DNA from: Octopus sinensis
Lineage: Eukaryota
Reading direction: 5' to 3'
Length of the DNA: 64,000 bases
Assembly: GCF_006345805.1 (NCBI RefSeq)
Contig: NC_043004.1
Span: 1,612,001 to 1,676,000 of the forward strand
Below the pieces are notes generated by a model. The model was given only the letters and a program-made list of their open reading frames with translations. It was not told the origin of the DNA and made no database searches. Of the stretch, positions 54,711 to 64,000 are shown in pieces. Both the position numbers and the translations under genes were made by a program. Within the stretch, counting starts at the first letter, position 1. The number at the start of each line of letters is the position of its first letter.

Positions 54711-54918
54711 ACTCTTTTACTTGTTTCTGTCATTTGACTACGGCCATACTGGAGCACCCTCTTCAGTCAAGCAAATCGTCTCCGGGACTTATTCTTTGTA
54801 AGCCCAGTACTTATTCTATCAGTCTCTTTTTTCGAACCGCTAGGTGACGGGGACGTAAACACACCACCATCGGTTGTCAAGCGATGTTGGGGGGGGGGAC
54901 AGACACAGACACACACAT

Positions 54919-54976
<58 letters not shown>

Positions 54977-55142
54977 CATATATACGACAGGCTTCTTTCA
55001 GTCTACCAAATCCACTCACAAGGCATTGGTCGGCCTGGGGCTATAGCAGAAGACACTTGCCCAAGATGCCACTCAATGGGACTGAACTCGGAACCATGTG
55101 GTTGGTTAGCAAGCTACTTACCACACAGCCGCTCCTGCGCCT
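54711..55142 (-). mobile_element. SINE family A full-length copy
   Basis: Reverse-complement match to head, body and tail. Confidence 0.9.
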
Positions 55143-55320
55143 ATAATGTATATAGTATGCTTGTATATATGTATATACATATATTATGTATATATATATA
55201 TGTGTGTGTGTGTGCGTGTGTGTGTGTGTGTGCGTGCGTGTGAGCGTGCGTGTGGTGTGTGTGTGTGTGTGTGTGTGCGCGCGTCTGTGTGTGAGCGTGC
55301 GTGTGTGTGTGTGCGTGTGT

Positions 55321-55640
55321 GGAGGCATAATGGCCCATTGGTCAGGGCAGGGGACTCTTGGTCGTTGGATCGCAGTTTCGATTCCCAGACCGGGCGTTGT
55401 GAGTGTTTATGGAGCAAAACGCGTAAATCTCCACAAGTCTCTGGCAGGGTATGATGGCGAACTCTGCTGTATTCTTCTACAACAACTTTCTCTTACTCTT
55501 TCTTCCTTTTTCTGGTGTATCTATATTTAAAAGTGCCGAAAAATATGCTGAGGGTGCACGTGTCTATGGAGTGCTCAGCAACTCGCACGTTTATTTAATG
55601 AGCAGGCTGTTCCATCGTCGTTGTAACCGACGGAGTGCCA
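55321..55640 (+). mobile_element. SINE family C copy
   Basis: Homologous to 31638-31958. Confidence 0.82.
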
Positions 55641-56774
55641 CGATGTACTATACGTATTATATATTTATGTATCATATGCCAGTGAGTGTATTTGTGTGTG
55701 TGTGCATTGAATTAAAAGCAGTTCTCTCAATACAAATGTTATTGATGTCACATGGTTAATGTGCTTTTATAAACGCTCATTAGCTGCGGATTTCATCCAG
55801 GTTCAATCGCTTTACTATTAAAAAACATAGAATATTTCAAAATCAGGCGAAACGAATTGCCCGTAATTGAAAGAGACCGATGCCTGTATATACATATGAT
55901 ATGGATAGAATGAATATATATGTTGAGTTAAATAATCATTACTGTTGTTAGTAATAATTATTTATTCACAAAATCCCGAGCAAATGAGGAAATACCTTGT
56001 GGTAACGCCGATTATCTCTAATTAGTGTAGATTATTGCCTTCATGGATTTATCAGCGAATTAGTGAAGTAGCCCTAATAAACTGGGTCCTCGACCCTTAA
56101 AATATATTTCTTATATATTTCTTATATATTTCTTATATATTTCTTCTACTTATATTAGATGTAGTAACATCTACTGTTGAGGATTAGGTCAGCCTGACTG
56201 TCAACTGTTCCAGACGTGATTATCCGGTCCTTTTGTTCATATTAGGGACTTCATTCCCCAATTTACCATTTATTCAAGGTTAAGTGTGACATTTAAGCAA
56301 TTCGAGCGATCGCATAGAAGTTTAATCGATATCAAATAAGATAATACTATACGAGATAGAGTGCATGACTATTTCTCTTTTTACGCGAGTTGAAATACCA
56401 GTAATATACTTGTATTATTGAAGATTCTTTTACTCTTCCCCATATTGGCTAGTTTTGCCCCAATATTAGGAACTTATATTGATGTTATAGCTATTTTTTT
56501 TTATATATATACCCAAACCTATTCCCCATTTTTTTAGGAGAGAGTAACCACAACAAGTCACACACCAGATATTCCATTCATTTCCCATAGAAAGCTACCC
56601 CGATATCAGCAGCAGAGCTCGACAGCATATGCTGGTTTACCCCCGCCGCATCGTGCTGGTTTCGTACCCCGTTTGAGCAACATTATTTCACTCATCCATC
56701 CACAGACACTCTTCAAGCTTTCTTGTCATTTATAAACTCTCAAAACCTCAAACGACCAAAGCTTCCCTCATTCC

Positions 56775-56940
56775 AGAATCAGGAAAAATGCTTAATGGCA
56801 TTTCGTCCGTCTTTAAGTTCTGAGTTCAAATTTCGCCGGGGTCGACTTCGCTTTTCATTCTTTCTGGATCGATAAAATAAGTACCTATTGAGCACTGGGG
56901 CAATGTAATCGATTTGCTGGCTTTGTGCTAAAATTTGAAA
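56775..56940 (+). mobile_element. Diverged SINE family B copy
   Basis: atttcgtccgtctttaagttctgagttcaaatttcgccggggtcgacttcgc. Confidence 0.7.
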
Positions 56941-58433
56941 CAAAATAAATGAGGAATTTCCATTAACTGACAATGTTTTCCTGTGTTATTTTATTAAGAA
57001 CCCCTTAAATTATTGTTATAAATTAATGCGGCCGACTTGCTTCAGTTATGCAAATACAAGCTAAATGTATTGTAACTATATATTCTGTATATAAAATCAT
57101 GTATTAATTTATTGAATTTGCTTTCTTGACGAGGGCCAATACGACAGAAACTTACCTGCAAAGAGGAACGTTTCCCAGGACGTATGCAAATGAATTCTAT
57201 GAAATTGATTCTTATCTTCAGGAAATTATGCCCCATTCCCTTCAAATCTCTCTAATAAGTTGTGTTAGAGTTTTGTTTTTCTTTGATTAATAAATTTGTT
57301 GCGAAATTTTTTTGCGTATCTCTTAGTTCATCAACTCTTAAATTATCATTGTAAGTGAATTTGTTAACCCTTACTAATAAGGAAATAACTCACTGGCAAC
57401 TAGTTATAATTATATGTACACATAAAATCTATTAGCAGCTATACTCATGGTTCCAGAGAATTGAGTGCTTCAAGCAAAAATGCAACGCAGTGCCTAGAGC
57501 GAGACACGAGCCATTTAAATTTTAATAAGTCTGTCATCCTATCTCTTTAAACTGCTCTGTTGTTCGTACAGGTGTTATTCAAGAAGAAAACTAATGCGTG
57601 TTACTTTCCATCTAGAATTTCGTTTATCACAATGGCGTAGATGTATATATGGAAGATGTCAAAATCTTAGTTTTAAGTATTTCTTCTTTAACCGAATCGG
57701 AATTATATCTTTTATTAATGCTGTTATCTCCGGTAAAACTAAAGAAAACAGCTTTCGGGTTTTGTTTGTGATAATTTGAAATTTGTGGTGTTTGTCGCTA
57801 AAGAGAACGGCACCATTTGCATATACTATTAGGAAGAAAACACGCTAGATGGCCACAGCGTCAAATAAATGATGTTTGTTGAAGACCTACATCTGGTCGT
57901 TTTCAAAATAATATTTCAAAAACGAAAGAGCTATAAAATAATCTCTGGGAACATTATTTTGAAATTGGATAATAAATCATAAGCGAAATACATCTGTCTG
58001 CTTTTTATTTCTTGCTTTTCTCACGAATATGTACTAAGACAATTTAGATAAACTATAAGTCGTTTACTATATTGCTTTGTGTTTCAGAGAAATAGTTCCT
58101 CATCAGAGATTTTCATTCAAATCAATGCTTTTAGTTGGGATATAGAGAAGTAAAGATAAAAGATAAAAGATTACGCATTTATCATATCTATGTAAATGTC
58201 CACTCAAACCGATCATCTCATTGTATATTTGAGAGGAAGACTTTTTTTTATGAGAATTATTTAGAAACTTTCTAAAAAAATATGACAATTCACATTTCAG
58301 ACTGTTGTCTACGTGTGTGCATGCGCAGCGATGAGTGGTCACGTGTATTGCTATTTAGTCAACTCTATGGTATTCATGTAGTTTTTGTACATAAAAATGT
58401 TATGCTATACACTCACAACCATCATCTCACTCT

Positions 58434-58470
<37 letters not shown>

Positions 58471-58685
58471 GACAGTCTCTTGCTCAATGCATACACACAA
58501 ACGCACGCACACACGCGCGCACGATAATAAATATCTGAACTAACTTTGTACATAAAAAAAAGGCTGAAACCACCAACAAAACAAAGAATAATACATTACA
58601 AAATTCTTGAATACAAATGCATATTCATAATTACAATTTATTTGTGAATTGAGTGCCTTTACTCAGATTTTCCAGCTCTTATACG

Positions 58686-58721
<36 letters not shown>

Positions 58722-60345
58722 ATGGAGAGTTTAGTTCACAGGTGATCTAAACGATGAGGTACGCTAGGTAAGTGCTGTAACGGATTACTAGGGCTCCGAT
58801 GACTGAATATCTCATAAACTGGTGTATCCCAGAAACATCTGTAGGTCTTTGGATTTTTCCAATAATAATAATGTATATGACTTGAGATGGTTGACATGTC
58901 TTAACGATTTTTGTCCTCTTTTACAATTATGTGTGTTTGTTAAATAGCAAAGACAGAACGGTGTACATTACGTGTGTATTCAAGAATAAAGGTAAGAAAA
59001 TAGCGCGATATTAGGGGGAGAACCTGTTCCATGGGAGCCAAGTATGGCTTCACTAAGATACAGCGATAGAGCCTTGCAGGAGAAATGTTCATTATAACAA
59101 CAAAAAGTTTTGCTTGGAGAAATAGAAAAGAGACAGTAGCCGCTTCTATTTCACATGAAGACTATGTTTTTGCTATTCAAGAACGGGACAAATTCTGTAT
59201 CTGATCAGCAAGAGAGATAAATATTCCTCTAGAACTCCATATTGTGATAGTTGATGTTAGTTATACCATCTCTGCGGGGAAAGTACCACTCATATCATGA
59301 ATTGCTGTTCAAAAATATTCGCAAGATGCTATCTTTCCTGAGGCATGGCATTGTCGCTAAAACCATTTCTAATGCTATACACAGGAAAGATTATTCTGGC
59401 GGCCATACGAACGTATCATTTGATCCAGAATATTTCCACTCCTTAATACCTACATATTACTGGTGAAACCTACCATTAAAAGCAGCAATCCAGTGTTAGC
59501 ACAATAGCCAGATATTGTCATATGTTATATATGGAGTAAAATAATACACTGTTGTGAGACATTAGCTTCCTGGCAGATGTAAAAGTCTCGTTAAAAATTG
59601 GGGAAAACTAATGTAAAACCTAGAGCTAAGCTATAGACTTTCATTTGTGGAGAGTAGAATCATTCAGCAAAATGCTTTTCTGATCTTAAAAAGCGAGATA
59701 TTCGGCTGCTGTCATCACGAGTGGAATTACGTTTTGAAACCGTGGTCATGACCATTCTTGAACCAGCAAACAACAAAGTACACATAAAACACTATTAACA
59801 GCAGCCTATGCGAAGTAACTCTTCCTCCGGGTAATGTTTTATTTTTTTACTGTCTTTTTTTTTTCTGATTCTATTTACCAGCACTGAGTCAGTCAGTGTC
59901 TGTGTATACCACAGCCTATGATAATAATGTATGATGTGCCTGCAGAACAGAGGGAATCCATCAAAATTGTATCAATTCGTTCTTAGTACATTCTGGAAGA
60001 TTCGAACGGGAATATGCTGACCGATGATCTTTAATAACGCACACATCACAGGCAGTCTCTTTAGTAATTTCTAAAGACATGATCCAATACACTTAGAATT
60101 TCATTGATCTATGGGTAGCTTTGACTGAGGTGACACACTGCAGTGGTTCAACAACCCTTTATATCGATGAATCGCGTGTGTAATGAACAGATATAACCTT
60201 AGTGTTGGAGAAGTTCCCTTATAACAATATAAACTGTGATCACTACATTCACATTCGGAGTTACTTTCTTATCGTGAATTTCAATCTCGATGCGATGTTT
60301 ATCGTCAAATATTTTTCCTTTCACGTTTGCTACATATGACTGAAA

Positions 60346-60650
60346 GTGAAGGTGCGTGACTAAGTGGTTAGTGTATTCGGTTGACGATTCTAAGGTCGTG
60401 AGTTCAATTCCCTGCGACACATTGTGTCCTTGAGCAAGACACTTTATTTTCACGTTGCTTCATTCTACTCAGCTGGCAAAATTGAGTAGTACTTGTATAT
60501 GAAAGTGTAGACTCCCACTGAGAAATATGTGAAAGGTACGCATGTCTGCGGAGTTCTCAGCCACTTGCACGTTAATTTCATGAACAGGCTGTTCCGTTGA
60601 TCGGATCAACTGGAACCCTCGTCGTCGTCACCGACGGAATACCAGTGCCA
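60346..60650 (+). mobile_element. SINE family D copy
   Basis: Homologous to 42131-42448; tRNA-like head with gagttcaattccc B-box. Confidence 0.82.
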
Positions 60651-62028
60651 TGTGAGTGGAACCTCTATTTTTGTGCTTTAGAACACGACTAGTAGAACGA
60701 CCGCATCTGTGATAAATATGTTTGTCAGTCCCAGATCGTGTATGTTTGACAAATGAAACACTATCCTTCTTTGTATCTTAGTCTTTTTTAAACCCTAGAA
60801 CAACCAGGAGTCAACTGAGAGGAAGATGTATTCTTCCAGGAAACCAAACGGGTGACGACGATGACGATGATTATGATTATGATGATGACGGTTTATAAAT
60901 ACGTAAAAATATCTCTCATGATAACTTGAAAATCCTTCACGAGAAAAAGTGTCTTTAAAACTCAAAAACGCAAAACACAAAGAACATCTTCTACCCCACA
61001 GTTTTGTGACATGAAAATATTCCTAGGCCATCCATATTGAATGCAATTGTAAACAAACATCCAAAATATCAATGCTTTTGAAGTCGTCCATATTTTTCTC
61101 CTGTTTTCACTGACTTCTTGTTGTCACGAAAAGAACTTTTATCAGTATTACCACATTATCATTTCTTTATTTGACCTTAAAATATTCTTTAAATGTTTAA
61201 TTCTGTGAGTTGTGTTATTTTTGTAAACCGTTTTATTTTACAACTCTATTTGCATTTGAAACATGTCTCGTTTCATTTCACCAATTTTCGCACAATTTCA
61301 AGTGTATTTTGTCCTTATTCATATGAGCTGGGATTCTACCTTTGACGAAGGTTACACGCGTGTAGTTTGGCTTTCCACATCCCTGGCTACTAGAAACGTA
61401 CGCATATGTCAGGCACTGAGACCTTTAATGTTAGCATGTGTGTATATTAATATGTAAGTTTATATTTTTGCATGCAAGACAGATTGAATTATGAGATATT
61501 ACATATATGTGCGTGTCTGTGTTTGCGTGTGTATCTTTGCGTATATATGTGTGTATGAATATGCTTTTTAGGCATATACGCACGCATTCATGTTCGTTTA
61601 GCTTGTGTCTGTATATGGATATATCTGGATTAATGCGGGAATTAATACAGTGTTATAAAAACAATTCGTTTCTTTGAAAGCTGCATCAGCATAGGCTGTT
61701 CGAAAAATTATAGAAGAAAACCTAGAGAAAACCGTGAAAGTTGTCTGTCTTGTCTTAATCAATCTCCAGGAAAAAAGATAATAAAAGCAATCAGAGAGAA
61801 TAGCCGTCGTGAAAAAGAAAATAATTCTTTGTTGATGTTTCTTAAATATGTAATCCTGCAGATGTGAAATCAGTCATGCCGTGTTGGGTGCCATGAAGAT
61901 TTTGGAAGCTTTCTCTGAAAAGAGGAAAAAAATGATTACAACTTTTATGATTCGATAGAGAAGGGGTAGGAAGACAGAAATTTCATGGGAGAAATTTAGA
62001 TTAACGACTTATGCTTCTGTCAAGTTTG

Positions 62029-62059
<31 letters not shown>

Positions 62060-62174
62060 GTTGTGGCCTAAAACAAAGTAAAAGAGAGTAGAGAGAAATA
62101 TAATGAAATGTGAAAGTGAAAGTCGATGTGTTAAACAAACAGGTGGAAAAGTAAAGACAGTGTCAAAGAATAAC

Positions 62175-62207
<33 letters not shown>

Positions 62208-62378
62208 AGGGGGGATGGGAGAGAAAGAAAGAGTGAATTATAAGGTGGTGGTAATAATAAGAAGTAACGAGCACCAAAGGATGAAATAAAACGTCAATAC
62301 AAGAAAGTAGTGAAAAACAGAGATAACGTTGAAAGAAGATGATGAAATGAACGCTAAAGTCTTGGTGATGACACCACC

Positions 62379-62410
<32 letters not shown>

Positions 62411-63137
62411 CAACATCGACAAAATTAAAAGTAAACGTAAAAGTAAAAATATCATAATGGCAGCGGGAGCAGGCATCATAATCTTAAGATCGACCAACGT
62501 AAGAAAGGTACGAAACAAGCAAATTAAAAGAAAATTCTGTTACCAGCCTCATCATCATCAACAACAACAACAGCAGCAGCAGCAACAGCAAGAATAACAC
62601 CAGCTTACGAAACAACAAAACCTCTGACCATTTTGTCAACTTTAACAAATACATCACAAATGCTGTCGGAACAATAACCTTAATAATAACAAGGCTGGCA
62701 CGTTTGACTTCAGCAACAACAATTCTCGTATAAACTTGATCATAATACTGACCATGGTAACACTAACAGAAACGGCAAAAGAAGTTTTAAGAGAAGCCAT
62801 TGCAACGGCAACAGTCTTACAGCAACAACACTCATAGCGATCGGAATAACAATCATATCAATCACAAAAGCACTTGTAATGATGGCAAAAAGCATGGCTG
62901 TCACAGCAACAAACATGGTAATCGTTTCAGTTTGGCAGCAAAATCAAATAATTGCTTCTGACATCGATACAAATACGGACGGAAGGGAGAAGTCGAATTG
63001 AACGACCCTAATATATAGCTGGTACTTTAGTTTACTCAACCTGCAATCACAGAAGACAAATCCTACTCCAACAGCATTTAATTTCAAAAACTTAAGGAGG
63101 TGGGACTGAAGCATGGTATCATGTCCGAAACAACAGC

Positions 63138-63172
<35 letters not shown>

Positions 63173-63174
63173 CG

Positions 63175-63238
<64 letters not shown>

Positions 63239-63244
63239 TAATAG

Positions 63245-64000
63245 AAGAATTAAGCAAAAGGAAAACGTACGAAAAGGACATGAAGAAGAATTACGCAAGA
63301 AGGGACTACTCAATTAATTCCATGTAACCACAACAGACGCTGCTGGAAAAAATAGGTGGGATTGGCTGATGAAAGGAACCCTAAAAACAGAGACCGAAAG
63401 CATTATACTGGCGCCGCAGGACCAAGTTCTGGACACGGACTGGTGGGTCAACTTGAGTAATGAGCAAATATCTCCGCTATGCCACATCTGCAATAGACTG
63501 GATAAAACTATTCCCCATATCATGTGCAAATGCCCTAGACCTGCCCCAAACCACTTCAAGTTGTTGCAACACTATCACGTAGCGGAAGTGCTACATTGGA
63601 AACTGTGCGAAAAATGAGGGCTAGAGAGAAGCAAGACGCGTTATGAGCACAAACCGCAGAGAGTGGCGGAGTCGGAGACTAGCAAAAAGAAGAAAGAAAA
63701 GTCGAGAGATATGACAGGGTTAGCTTTGGAAGTTAAGCAGTTGTGGTCGAGGAAAAAGGTAGCAGTAGTACCAATAATTGTCGGAACTCAGGGAACAGTG
63801 AGCAAAAATATCGAGAAGTACGTGGAACAAATAGGGGATGCAATAAGGGTGACGCACTTGCAGATCAGGTACTAGAGTATAACAGACCGGACGTAGTGGT
63901 GGTGGACAAGATGCACCACATATGCTATATAGTTGATGTTGCATGCCCCTTTAACTCACGAATATTCATTAAGGAGGATGAAAAAGTAAATAAATACAAC
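63245..64000 (+). mobile_element. R4/Dong-like REL-endonuclease retroelement fragments directly after (AAT)n; runs off the window end
   Basis: WDWLMKGTLKTETESIILAPQDQ, CHIC...HIMCKC (CCHC), VAEVLHWKLC, EVKQLW..VAVVPIIVG, and NRPDVVVVDK..ICYIVDVACPF...EKVNKY. Confidence 0.85.

Noticed and set aside
62380-62960. Gln/Asn/Thr-rich stretch as a coding exon
   Set aside because: Decayed (AAC/CAG/CAC)n low-complexity sequence, with no ORF of 60 codons or more in the supplied track.

Overview
AT-rich eukaryotic non-coding DNA, dense in microsatellites and interspersed repeats. From recall of the repeat families it looks like an octopus or other coleoid cephalopod genome (inference, not a search result). 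No host protein-coding gene can be called with confidence: almost all ORFs in the track are translations of simple repeats or decayed transposons, and only a few unverified splice-flanked mini-exons were seen. Supported features are CR1-like, RTE, Tx1/L1-like and R4/Dong-like (restriction-like endonuclease) LINE fragments, a Penelope-like endonuclease remnant, a DD34D mariner fragment, a mariner-type MITE, two non-autonomous Helitron-type elements, four families of tRNA-derived SINEs, a 30-bp minisatellite and two local tandem duplications. The most unusual object is a ~610-bp palindrome at 45509-46117. Each arm carries a tRNA-like Pol III head, a microsatellite and a Penelope-type minimal hammerhead ribozyme. 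Second is a same-orientation train of (AAT)n-embedded R4/Dong-like retroelements at 10.1-12.9 kb, whose 3' flank reappears about 5 kb away between 48-bp duplications.
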